64,000 bases of DNA. Origin: Lingula anatina (taxonomy: Eukaryota > Animalia > Brachiopoda). Positions 50,487 to 63,660 of the stretch are shown here, piece by piece. Under the pieces are notes generated by a model, which had not been told where the DNA came from, ran no database searches, and saw only the letters and a list, made by a program, of their open reading frames with translations. How positions within the stretch are numbered: the stretch's first letter is position 1; each line of letters opens with the position of its first letter. The position numbers and the translations under genes are program-made. Where the stretch lies: positions 3,720,001-3,784,000 of the forward strand of contig CM120643.1 in assembly GCA_051362555.1 (NCBI GenBank), written 5' to 3'.

Positions 50487-53400
50487 ACTGGTGTAACATG
50501 AAAATCTGACTCCCCCAGTCAGATTTTCATAATGAAAATCTGACTCCCCATGAAAATTTGACTCCCCCACCACAAATGTTCATAAATCTTATTTTATTTG
50601 AGTATATGACTGTGATATTGTAGTATGTAAAATGGAGGATACTTTGGCACTTTTTTTTTAAGTTTGCAGGTGAATATTTTCATGAAAAAAATATGAAAAT
50701 TAAAAATGTGCACTTAACTGCCCATTGTCTCCCCTTTGAAAAAGCTATTTATTTGATAATGGATGATCATTTCTACATCTTTCCTTTAAATTTACTTTAT
50801 GAAGATTATATTGGAAATATTTGAAAGTTTGATGGTAAACTATTGGGTGAAAAAACTAAAAAAAAACATGAAAAATAGAAAATTAAAAATGTGCATTTTA
50901 TCACCCAATAACTCCCCTATGAAAAAGCTATTTATTTGATATTTGATGATTATTCTGACATCTTTTCTATTAGGATACTTTATGAAAAATATATTGAAAA
51001 TATTTAAAAGTTTGATGATAAAATAGTGAGTGAAAGAATGAAAAATAAATCATGAAAATCTTCATTTTTATACCCATGAGATTTGGATTCCCATAAAGAA
51101 AAGGACCTATTTTATATTCAGTCACCATACCATTGTTTTCTAGTTTGCACAGAGATGTACATTTTGTTATTATTTGAAAGTTTGGTGGTGAAAATTTTGG
51201 TGAATATTTTTAAAACAAGTATTCATCTTACTACCTGTAGGTTTTGCAGTTCCATGTCAAAATGCTACATTTTTAACTCAAGAAATTGGCCCCATCACCT
51301 TTTTACTGAATTCTTCTTATATAGCATACCCAGTATTTTACCATTCAAACTTTCAAATATTTCCAATATATTCTTCATTAAGTATCCTTAAAGAAAAGAT
51401 GTCAGAATGATCATCAAATATCAAATAGATAGCCTTTTCATAGGGGAGTCATTGGGTGTTAGAATACAAATCTTTAATTTTTCTTATTTTTCATGTGTTT
51501 TTTTATTATTTTTTTCACCCAATTTTTTAACCATCAAACTTTCAAGTACTTTCAATATATTCCTCATAAAGTATCCTCAAAGAAAAGATGTCAGAATGAT
51601 CATCAAATATCAAATAAATAGCTTTTTCGTAGGGGGGTCATTGGGTGTTAGAATATAAATCTTTAATTTTTCTTATTTTTTAATGTGTTTTTTATTATTA
51701 TTATTATTTTCACCCAATTTTTTAACCATTAAACTTTCAAGTACTTTCAATATATTCCTCATAAAGTATCCTCAAAGAAAAGATGTTGAAATGGTCATTA
51801 AATGTCAAATAAATAGCTTTTTCATAGGGGGGTCCTTGGGTGGTAAAATACAAATCTTTAATTTTTTTTTATTTTTTCATGAAAATTTTCACCTGCAAAC
51901 TAACAAAAAGTGCCAATGTGTCCTCCATTATGCATACTACAAGATCATAGTCATTTACTCAAATTAAATTAGATTTTTGAATGTTTTTTGATGGGAGTCA
52001 GATTTTCATGGAATGAAAATCTGACTCCCATGAAAATGTGACTCCCCAGTCAGATTTTCATTATGAAAATGTGACTCCCCAGTCAGATTTTCATAATGAA
52101 AATCTGACTCCCCCCATGAAAATTTGACTCCCCCTCCACAAAACTTCATACATCTTATTTTATTTGCGTATATGACTGTGATCTTGTAGTATGTAAAAAG
52201 GAGGATAGATTGGCACATTTTTTTGTAGTTTGCAGTGAAAATTCAAATGGAAAAATAAGAAAAATAAAAATGTGCACATAATGAAAATCTGACTCTCCTG
52301 TGAAAATTTGACTCCCCCATCATAAAACTTCATAAATCTTATTTTATTTTGGGTATATGACTGTAATCTTGTAGTATGTAAAAAGGAGGATAGATTGGCA
52401 CATTTTTTTGTAGTTTGCAGTGAAAATTTTAATGAAAAAATAAGAAAATTAAAAATGAGCACATAATGAAAATCTGACTCCCCCATGAAAATTTGACTCC
52501 CCCATCATAAAACTTTATAAATCATATTTTATTTTGGGTATATGACTGTAATCTTGTAGTATGTAAAAAGGAGGATAGATTGGCACATTTTTTTGTAGTT
52601 TGCAGTGAAAATTTTAATGAAAAAATAAGAAAATTAAAAATGAGCACATAATGAAAATCTGACTCCCCCATGAAAATTTGACTCCCCCATCATAAAACTT
52701 TATAAATCATATTTTATTTTGGGTATATGTCTCTGATCTTGTAGTATGTAAAATGGAGGATACATTGGCACATTTTATGTAGTTTGCAGTGAAAATTTTA
52801 ATGAAAAAATGAGAAAATTAAAAATGTGCACATAAAGAAAATCTGACTCCCACATGAAAATTTGACTCCCCCATCATAAAACTTCATAGATCTTATTTTA
52901 TTTTGGGTATATGTCTCTGATCTTGTAGTAAGTAAAATAGTTGATACATTGGCACATTTTTTGTAGTTTGAAGGTGAAAATTTTAATGAAAAAATAAGAA
53001 AATTAAAAATGAGCACATAATGAAAAACTGACTCCCCCATGAAAATTTGACTCCCCCATCATAAAACTTTATAAATCTTATTTTATTTTGGGTATATGTC
53101 TGTGATCTTGTAGTATGTAAAATGGAGGATACATTGGCACTTTTTTGTAGTTTGAAGGTGAAAATTTTAATGAAAAATAAAGAAAATTAAAAATGTGCAC
53201 ATAATGAAAATCTGACTCCCCAATGAAAATTTGACTCCCCCTCCACAAAACTTCATAAATCTTATTTTATTTTGAGTATATGACTGTGATCTTGTAGTAT
53301 GTAAAAAGGAAGATAGATTGGCACATTTTTTGTAGTTTGCAGGTGAAAAATTATGTGAAAAAGTAAGAAAATTAAAAATGAGCAAATAATGAAAATCTGA

Positions 53401-54955
53401 CTCCCCCATGAAAATATGACTGCCCCTCCACAAAACTTCATAAATCTTATTTTATTTTGAGTATGTGACTGTGATCTTGTAGTATGTGAAATGGAGGAAA
53501 CATTGGCGCTTTTTTGTAATTTGCAGGTGAAAATTTTCATAAAAAAATAAGAAAATTAAAAATATCCACTTAATCGCCTATTGTCTCCCCTATGAAAAAG
53601 TTATTTAATATTTGATGATCATTTCAACACCTTTTCTTTTAGGATACTTTATGAAAAATATATTGGAAATATTTAAAGGTTTGATGATAAAATAGTGAAA
53701 GCATGAAAAAGAAATCATAAAAATCTTTATTTTTACACCCATGAGATTTGGACTCCCATGGAGAAAAGGACCTATTTTATATTCAGTCACCATACCACTG
53801 TTTTCCACATAGTTTGCATAGAGATGGATATTTTGTCATTATTTGAAAGTTTGATGATGAAAATTTTGGTCAATATTTTTAAAACAAGTATCCATCTTTA
53901 TTCTTGTAGGTTTTGCACTCCCATGTCAAAACACTACATTTTCATTATGTGCACATTTTTAATTTTCTCATTTTTTCATTAAAAGTTTCACTGCAAACTA
54001 CAAAAAATGTGCCAATGTATCAACCATTTTACATGCTACAAGATCACAGTCATATACTCAAAATAAAACAAGATTTATGAAGTTTTGTGGAGGGGGAGTC
54101 AAATTTTCATGGGGGAGTCAGATTTTCATTATGTGCACATTTTTAATTTTTTCATTAAAATTTTCACTGCAAACTACAAAAAATGTGCCAATGTATCAAC
54201 CATTTTACATAATACAGGATCACAGTCATATACTCAAAATAAAATAAGATTTATGAAGTTTTGTGGCGGGGGAGTCAAATTTTCATGGGGGAGTCAGATT
54301 TTTATTATGTACTCATTTTTAATTTTCTAATTTGTTCATAAAAATTCTCACTGCAAACTACAAAAAATGTGCCAATGTATCAACCATTTTACATAATACA
54401 AGATCACAGTCATGTACTCAAAATAAAATAAGATTTATGAAGTTTTGTGGAGGGGGAGTCAAATTTTCATGGGGGAGTCAGATTTTCATTATGTGCTCAT
54501 TTTTAATTTTCTTATTTGTTCATTAAAATTCTCACTGCAAACTACAAAAAAATGTGCCAATGTATCAACCATTTTACATACTACAAGATTACAGTCATAT
54601 ACTAAATTAATTAGAGATTAATGAATGTTTTTTTGTAGGGGAGTCAAATTTTCATAGGGGAACCACATTTTCATTATGTGTACATTTTTAATTTTTCTTT
54701 TTTTTTTTAATGAAAATTTTCACCTGCAAACTACAAAAAAGTGCCAATGTATCATCCATTATGCATACTACAAAATCATAGTCATTTGCTCAAATAAAAT
54801 GAGATTAATGAATGTTTTTTTGGGGGGGAGTCAAAATTTCATGGGGGGAGTCAGATTTTCATCATGAAAATCTGACTGGGGAGTCAGATTTTCATAATGA
54901 AAATCTGACTGGGGAGTCACATTTTAGGGGAGTCAGATTTTCATGGTACACCGGT
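50487..54955. mobile_element. Two fused foldback elements with tandem ~180-bp repeat arms
   Basis: ACTGGTGTAACATGAAAATCTGACTCCC at left and GGGAGTCAGATTTTCATGGTACACCGGT at right; same central segment at ~51080-51290 and ~53740-53940; palindromic junction near 52010. Confidence 0.8.
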
Positions 54956-55314
54956 TTCAGGGTTTACGTAGGGTTCCATTTCCTTGTGGATGAGGGTTAA
55001 GTTAGAGTAATTTTTTCACGATTTAGAATTTTATTAGCAATTTCTTAAGTGACTTCTCTCAAATTACTCCTCAGAAATTGTCTATAAATTAAGCACAGCC
55101 AATTGATATAATTATCCCAGATTTTAACAATTATTAGGCATTTTGTGTTCAAATTTCACAAAAGTTCCAACAGATTTAGCAGAGTTCTGTATATTTAACT
55201 ATGTTCAATCTGAGAATGTGCTGGTCCCTTTTGTCACAGTTGTGTTCAGTAGCCTCCATAAGGCAAGGTAATTTGTGTACCTTCACTTATACATTGTCAT
55301 GTCTCTTTTTCCAG

Positions 55315-56049
55315 CTCCAGTCTCCATACAGCATGGTGTCTTCTAGTTGAACAGATTTTAACTGGCTGAACATGGGGGGAATGTATTTTATAAGACTGAA
55401 GCAGATACTAAAAGGCAGCAACAGGAACATCTTCATCTCACCCAGTTGTGCAAGACACGGGATGTGGCAAGTTTTAGGATAAATGAGACAGGGCAGCCAT
55501 TGTAAACAGGTGACTTCTTGCAGATAGCAGACAAATTCAAGTTTTATTGTCATTAAGTGCTCAAAACACAAAATGAATACTTTTATTTTAATTTATGTGA
55601 GCATTATCAAGATATAAATATCAAGTATGGTGATACAAAAATGATCTTGTGCATCTTACAAAACCATCCTATATATGAATAAAGTATCATTAGATGGTTC
55701 CTAATAGTAGTTTGCACTATATTACATAGATGGTCCAAATTCATTTCAAACAGTTATACTCATTTCATTTATGTTTTTAGCAAATACATTTCTGGAATTG
55801 TGTAAAGAGCTGCTGGCAGACCAAGAGGTGAATTTTATCCTGAGTGAGAGAGAGTGCTGCCAGAACCACCCAGAACAAGACTTCCAAACACAGCAGATCC
55901 TGTGGAGCCAGTTATATGGAACAGTACAATTACACAACAAATGTGGCTTCCAGGTAACACAAAGAATCAATTTCCCCCATATGCATGGAAACTATAGAGG
56001 CAGGGTATATAAAGCAAGGAGATTGTGTTGGACAATACTCTATCACTGA
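55315..56049 (+). pseudogene. Degenerate P-element/THAP9-like transposase exons
   Basis: After a tttttag acceptor at 55780: NTFLELCKELLADQEVNFILSERECCQNHPEQDFQTQQ, resembling SFVEL..YLL...V.F.LSERFCQDPLE.YF..QR; upstream EHLHLTQLCK, WQVLG and FLQIADKF with frameshifts. Confidence 0.65.
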
Positions 56050-56964
56050 AGACAAATAGACACAATGGAAATGTTTAAAAGTGAATTGATATTTCAGCTC
56101 AATTGTGATGTGTTATAATAATTTTCCCCATATGCATGGAAATTGTTACAGTACTAGTAGAGGTAGCATATACAGTGAGATTGTGGTAGACAATACGCCA
56201 TAACTGAAGAGAACAAGACAGTGAAAATATTTAAATGTGAATATATATTTCAGGTCAGATATGATGTGTTATATATGATCTCTGTTATTGTGAGTTCATT
56301 AAATTGCAGTTGCAAATTTTATCACATGTATTTATTGTACCACCAGCGTTAGCGCTGGCGGTACACATGGTTTCGGTCCCGTCCGGATCGTTCCGCCGGC
56401 TCCGCCAGCTCCGCCGGCTCCGCCGGACGGCTACCGTTACCGCTTCTCCTCCTAGACGGTAAGGGCCCCCGCACCCATCTCATGGATTTAGGTCACCTAT
56501 AATCTCAACTCGTTCCACGTAAAATTTGGGCTTTGTCAGTATTGGGGTCTGGGTGTGGCACTCATTACAATGCACCCTTGTCTAAAAATGGCAAAATTAA
56601 ATGCTTATTATCTACCCTACGGAAGGAGTTATGGGAAAAATTTCTATAGACGGCTTTCCAAAAGTCATATGTGTAGATTTCAAATATACCCTTGGATTTG
56701 ACCTTTGACCTTTACTTCAAGGTCAAATTGGCCAAAATTTTCAAAAAAATGAAATTTTTTACGAAAAAAATTTTTTTTGCCCTGTTATTCAGACACTACA
56801 CAGACTTAACCAACAATATTATTGGAAAGTGTTACCCTTCAGGTCATCTTTCATCTCCATGAATTTGGGGTCAATCGGTGCATTTTCACGGGAGTAGCGG
56901 CCATAAGATACCGAAACTGAAAACTGTCTCTAATTCGGGAACCGTTAATGCTAGAGACCCATTC

Positions 56965-57700
56965 TTTTTATGTACAGACACAGATGTGTCTGTACATATT
57001 GCCATCACCTGCGTCTGTCGTCGCCGTCGCCGTCGCCGATCATGTTGCCGTCGCCGTCGCCGTGCACTTTCAGCGTTAACACCATAAGTGGAAGACAGTT
57101 TTACTTTTTGGCTTTATATTTACAGAGCTGACTAATATTCATAAAACGCAGGTCAAGTTCGAAAATCAGCATGATCGGGCCATTATTGTAGAATTTATGC
57201 TGTTTTTTTTCACTTTTTAGCATATATGCAACACTGTTAACACATTTCAAAGAAAACCGATAGGCCTGTTGTCATGAAACTCACAGGAGTAATCAGTCTT
57301 ACTAAAACGCAGATCAAGTTCGAAAATCGGCATGATCGGGCCACTATTTTAGTAGTTATGCTGTTTTTTCACTTTTCAGCATATATGCAACACTGTTTAC
57401 ACATTTCAAGGAAAACTGATAGACCTGTTGTCATGAAACTCACAGGAGTAATCAATCTTACTAAAATGCAGGCCAAATTCGAAAATCGGCATGATCGGGC
57501 CACTATTTTACTAGTTATGCTGTTTTTTACACTTTTCAGCCTATATGCAACACTGTAAACACAATATAAGAAAAACAGATGGGCCAATTGTCATGAAAGT
57601 CACAGGAGTGGTCAATTTTACTAAAATGCAGGTTGAGTTCGTAAATCAGCATAATCGTGCCATTATTTTAGAAGGTATGCTGTTTTTTCACATTTCTTCA
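56965..57700 (+). mobile_element. HINE-like element: 5' palindrome, (GCCGTC)n microsatellite, about 4 x 160-bp tandem repeats
   Basis: ATGTACAGACACAGATGTGTCTGTACAT palindrome at 56970-56997; ATGATCGGGC-like motif at 57171, 57332, 57491, 57651. Confidence 0.7.
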
Positions 57701-58079
57701 GATTCAATTTTTAGGCATGTTAACAGTCTCATTATTAAACTAATAAGATACGTGAAAGTGTTTGTTTGACATTTCCTGCATCTTTACAACATTGTTAGTT
57801 GATTATGTAAAAATGATGGTAAACTTGTTATCATGTATTGTATAATAGAGTTTCAAAAATGGAAATAAACTCATATCATTGCAATTTGTCAGATTCAATC
57901 ATTCACTATGTTCAGAATCTCAGAATGGAAGAAATTGGACATTTAACACTGCTCTATTGATACTTTTCTCATGTCATCAATTTTCTTAGTTGATCATATA
58001 AAAATGGCAGTAAACTGTTAATTTTGTTTTATGTTAAAAATTGTTAAAAATGGGGAAAAAAACATTTCAGAACAGTGCT

Positions 58080-58760
58080 GTCTTGTTTACATTTTGGCAT
58101 TTTCAAGTTGTGACTTTGAAGTTCCATGGGCCTGAAGACCTTTGCTAGTCACATTTTCTGAATATCCATGATACTAATATTTTATTAGTAAAAATTGATG
58201 GTCATTATGCTGTTAAACATTATGTAACATTGCATCAAAATTTGAAAAAAACCTATTTTGGGCACTGCTCCCATGATTACCTTTTAAGAAAAACCATGTC
58301 ACTTACTGTTCTCAAACTTACAGGAAAGAAACATGGGACTAAAATACAGCTTCAGTAGGCAATGCAATCTGCCAGATAAACAGTTTTTTTTTGTGAAAAT
58401 TTAATTTTTCACATATTGGCATTTTCAAGGTGTGACTTTGAAGTTCCACAGGCTTGAAGACCCAGGCTAGTCACATTTTCTGAAAATCCATGATACATAT
58501 ATTTTGTTATTAAAAATTGATTGTCATTATGCTGTTAACCATTATGTAATATTGCATCAGAATAGAGGTAAACACAATTTTGGGTGCTGCTGCCATGATG
58601 ACCATTATGGGAAAACCATGTTACTTATGATTGCCAAACTTTCAAAAAAGAAATACAGGACTGAAATGCAGCCTGAGTTGGAAAAGCAGTCTAATTGACT
58701 TCTTTTTCTGGAAGTTTTACATTTTCAAAGTGTGAACTTGAACTCCCATGGGCCTGAAGC
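58080..58760. repeat. Diverged ~300-320-bp tandem repeat, third copy interrupted
   Basis: ATTTTCAAG.TGTGACTTTGAAGTTCCA-like motif recurs near 58099, 58421 and 58721. Confidence 0.75.
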
Positions 58761-58764
58761 TTTA

Positions 58765-60666
58765 CGGTAATATGCCAAACAATTCGACCAAGATTAATTA
58801 ATTAATTTCATGGAAATGTCAGTTTGGTCGAATTGATTAAAATACAGCAAATGGAAACCTTTGATATCGTCGGATTGTTAGGGGCATCTGCTAAAACGTC
58901 CATCTTTCCGGAAGTATTGCATTTTACCGGAAGTGTTACGCAAGATAAGCCGCAATTTTCGCCTAACACGTGTTTCAGGCATGTTTTATCCTCCTGAAAT
59001 CTTATTTTGCTGTGTACAATATGTGCTAACATTACTTAACATTGAAAAAGACGACAATTATAATTTTTAATTATATATTTCCCTCACCTACGATCACTTT
59101 CATGATGCGCTTCACAAGTGGGACGAGTATTTCCCCGGAGACAGGTGTTGTAAACAAAGGCCGGTCATTTATATTTGAAACCGGTAGCTTCAGTGGACTT
59201 AAACTAGTTATGTGATTTACGTACGCCCTATTTGAATTTTAATATGACAACTGAAATCAACCTAATTGATACTTTTTACCAGTCTGAGATCAGTTGTTTT
59301 CAACCCGCAAGGCTTGCTCAGCGTCGAGGCGTAGACGTACGTACATGTACTTCCGAAGAAAATTCAATCACCCGTATCAAAGAATACCAACTGGTACTCA
59401 AACGGAAATCAGTGTAACTTCAAATTACTATTAAGTATTTTATTTAAAAAGCATGTCATATAAAAACATATTGAGAAATGGCAAAATACGGAGCATACCT
59501 GTGCCGATAGACATACAGTATCTTGCTTGCACTCTTCCGATTTTCTTACTTACATACTCTCGCTGTGCACAAACCACGGTGCATATTGAAAACCCCATTG
59601 ATAAAACCCGAACGTAAAAAAAGCATTTACTTGCCATAATTTTCACAAAACAGGTGCATTTATAATTTGACGTGAGAATTGAGCACATGCAGAAATGAGA
59701 GACTGGTTTTATCTGGCCTGCTCCAGCATAGCGCAAACCACATGTTAATGAAGACAGTCCCATTTTGGGGGAGGGGGGTCACAGGAATGGAGTTCGTCGT
59801 GGATTACGCTAAATATTATCAACATTTCATGCATCTGGGGAAATAGAAAGTGACTCACAGGTAACGTAAATACCCAGTGGAACTCTCTATGAAGCTCCCA
59901 TAGAGTTAAAGAAGACGTCATTTTTATTGTTGACAAATCAGTTATCCATGCAGGTGAACAGCGACACGTGTTCGTCAGATTTTGACAGCGCGTGGTATTT
60001 GGCGCCAAGAAGTCTGGGCGGTCGATCCCGCTGATCTTTCGGTCGATTGTAGTAAATGTAAGATCTTGCGGTGTTGACTTCAAGAACGTTTCCCCATCTT
60101 CATATATATTTCAATCGAACTTGAAAATAAATTGCATATTCTTCCCAAACTTTTTATTGCTAGCAAACGCTATATATGGTCTATATGAAGGTGTTTACGA
60201 CGTATTCTACCCACTGTCCATATTTGGTTTCATCCAGAATAGACCTTTTTTTAACCCCCCCCCCTCCCCAGTTACGGGCGTGATGAATCAGTCAGCGAGG
60301 GCAAGTCTGCTTAATTAGCAAAATTTGTATGTCTATAAGCACTATTATTGTCATCGGGGACAAAGGAAAAGACAGGTACGTCATGCTTCCAGATTAGATC
60401 TTCAATTAATTGTTTCTTCCTCATTGACGAGAACTATTGAAAGGACAACAATTGAAAAAGGGCCGAGGCATGCAGCATCTATTTCACTGGCTTGAAAATT
60501 TACCGAGTCTTGTCGACGATGTGGTCGAACAATCGGAACAAGAAAAAAATTCTGTCCCATGATTTTGACGTATGGACTAATTGTTTGAGCCCAGAAAAAT
60601 TAATTTTATAAAATAATTTTTGTGGTCGGATTGACTGGGCCCGTCGAAATGCTTGGCACATTACCG
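58765..60666. mobile_element. Non-autonomous Tc1/mariner (pogo-like) element with TA TSD
   Basis: TA|CGGTAATATGCCAAACAATTCGAC versus GTCGAAATGCTTGGCACATTACCG|TA; joined flanks restore the ~320-bp repeat; no transposase ORF. Confidence 0.8.
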
Positions 60667-60908
60667 TATGCTTGTTTCACATTTTACTTACATTGGTATT
60701 ACCTGTTGAGCATAATTAAAATTTGATGTTGAATTTGCAGTTTAACATAATGTACTTTTGCATCAGAATTGACAGTAGCCTATTTTGTTATTTCCTGCTT
60801 TTTGTCTGTACATTTGACAGCTTTGCTGCCTTGTTTGCATTTTGTAGAGCATGTAAAGCCCAACACTGGAGGTGGTCTCGGTTTTTTTGTATTCCATACG
60901 GTTTTCGA

Positions 60909-63660
60909 GTTACGCTGTATCAAAAAGTACATATTGGTGGTAAAAGCAAAATGTGCAGTACGGTAATGGATAATAAATTTTGAACTCTGGAAAAATAAAA
61001 CAAAAGGCTTGGCAAAGCAGACAACTTGTGTTCAAAATGACATTATTTCATCAAATTTGAACTTCTGAAACTTCAGAGCACCTCCTATTTCAAGAATTTT
61101 GACCAAAATGACATTTTCTTTATTTTAATTAATTCTTTCTGTACGAAATTTAAGGCACATTATGGTAACTCCAAAATTATAACATTTAGTCCCTTATATC
61201 TCCAAAACTGGCAGAGATAGGTCCATAGTTACTATTGAAGTTGAATAGGAAGTCATATACTGGCAATCTTACTGTGACCTTGAAATTGACCTTTGACCTA
61301 CTTTTCACCATGAACTGAACTTTGCAAATTTTGCTTCCCTTTTATCTCCAAAACTGGCAGAGATAGGTCCATAGTTACTATTGAACTTGAATAGGAAGTC
61401 ATATACTGGCAATATAAATGTGACATTAAAATTGACCTTTGACCTACTTTTCACCATAAACTGAACTTTGCAAATTTTGCTTCCCTTTTATCTCCAAAAC
61501 TGGCAGAGATAGGTCCATAGTTACTATTGAACTTGAATAGGAAGTCATATACTGGCAATCTAAATGTGACCTTAAAATTGACCTTTGACCTACTTTTCAC
61601 CATGAACTGAAGTTTGCACATTTTGCTTCCCTTTTATCTCCAAAACTGGCAGAGATAGGTCCATAGTTACTATTGAACTTGAATAGGAAGTCATATACTG
61701 GCAATCTATATGTGACCTTAAAATTGACCTTTGACCTACTTTTCACCATAAACTGAACTTTGCAAATTTTGCTTCCCTTTTATCTCCAAAACTGGCAGAG
61801 ATAGGTCCATAGTTACTATTGAACTTGAATAGGAAGTCATATACTGGCAATCTAAATGTGACCTTAAAATTGACCTTTGACCTACTTTTCACCATGAACT
61901 GAACTTTGCAAATTTTGCTTTCCCTTTACCTCCAAAACTGGCAGAGATAGGTCCATAGTTACTATTGAACTTGAATAGGAAGTCATATACTGGCAATCTA
62001 AATGTGACCTTAAAATTGACCTTTGACCTACTTTTCACCATGAACTGAAGTTTGCAAATTTTGCTTCCCTTTTATCTCCAAAACTGGCAGAGATAGGTCC
62101 ATAGTTACTATTGAAGTTGAATAGGAAGTCATATACTGGCAATCTAAATGTGACCTTGAAATTGACCTTTGACCTACTTTTCACCATGAACTGAACTTTG
62201 CAAATTTTGCTTGACTTTTATCTCCAAAGTTACGCTGTATCAAGAAGTACATATTGGTGGTGAAAGCAAAATGTGCAGTACGGTAATGGATAATAAATTT
62301 TGAACTCCAGAAAAATAAAACATTAGGCTTGGCAAAGCAGACAAGTTGTGGTCAAAAATGACATTATTTCATCAAATTTGAACATCTGGAACTTCGGAGC
62401 ACCTCCCATTTCAAGAATTTTGACCAAAATGACCTTTTCTTTATTTTAATTAATTTCTTCTGTAGGAAATTTATGGCACATTATGGTAACTCCAAAATTA
62501 TAACATTAAGTCCCTTATATTTCCAAAACTGGCAGAGATAGGTCCATAGTTGCTATTGAACATGAATAGGAAGTCATATACTGGCAATCTAAATGTGACC
62601 TTGAAATTGACCTTTGACCTACTTTTCACCATGAACTGAACTTTGCAAATTTTGCTTCCCTTTTATCTCCAAAACTGGCAGAGATAGGTCCATAGTTACT
62701 ATTGAAGTTGAATAGGAAGTCATATACTGGCAATCTTACTGTGACCTTGAAATTGACCTTTGACCTACTTTTCACCATGAACTGAACTTTGCAAATTTTG
62801 GTTCCCTTTTATCTCCAAAGTTACGCTGTATCAAAAAGTACATATTGGTGGTGAAAGCAATATGTGCAGTACGGTAATGGATAATAAATTTTGAACTCCG
62901 GAAAAATAAAACATAAGGCTTGGCAAAGCAGACAAGTTGTGGTCAAAAATGACATTATTTCATCAAATTTGAACATCTGGAACTTCGGAGCACCTCCCAT
63001 TTCAAGAATTTTGACCAAAATGACCTTTTCTTTATTTTAATTAATTTCTTCTGTAGGAAATTTATGGCACATTATGGTAACTCCAAAATTATAACATTTA
63101 GTCCCTTATTTCTCCAAAACTGGCAGAGATAGGTCCATAGTTACTATTGAAGTTAAATAGGAAGTCATATACTGGCAATCTTACTGTGACCTTGAAATTG
63201 ACCTTTGGCCTACTTTTCACCATGAACTGAACTTTGCAAATTTTGCTTCCCTTTTATCTCCAAAACTGGCAGAGATAGGTCCATAGTTACTATTGAAGTT
63301 GAATAGGAAGTCATATATTGGCAATCTCAATGTGACCTTGAAATTGACCTTTGACCTACTTTTCACCATGAACTGAACTTTGCAAATTTTGCTTCCCTTT
63401 TATCTCCAAAACTGGCAGAGATAGGTCCATAGTTTCTATTGAACTTGAATATGAAGTCATATACTGGCAATCTAAATGTGACCTTGAAATTGACCTTTGA
63501 CCTACTTTTCACCATGAACTGAACTTTGCAAATTTTGCTTCCCTTTTATCTCCAAAACTGGCAGAGATAGGTCCATAGTTACTATTGAAGTTGAATAGGA
63601 AGTCATATACTGGCAATTTACTGTGACCTTGAAATTGACTTTTGACCTACCTTACGATGA
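60909..63660. repeat. 146-bp satellite in three blocks (7, 2 and ~4 monomers), each preceded by a ~295-bp spacer
   Basis: TCCAAAACTGGCAGAGATAGG every 146 bp from 61201; spacer GTTACGCTGTATCAA at 60909, 62229 and 62820. Confidence 0.95.

Noticed and set aside
51083-55000. Hydrophobic F/I-rich ORFs
   Set aside because: By-products of the AT-rich ~180-bp repeats in the foldback arms
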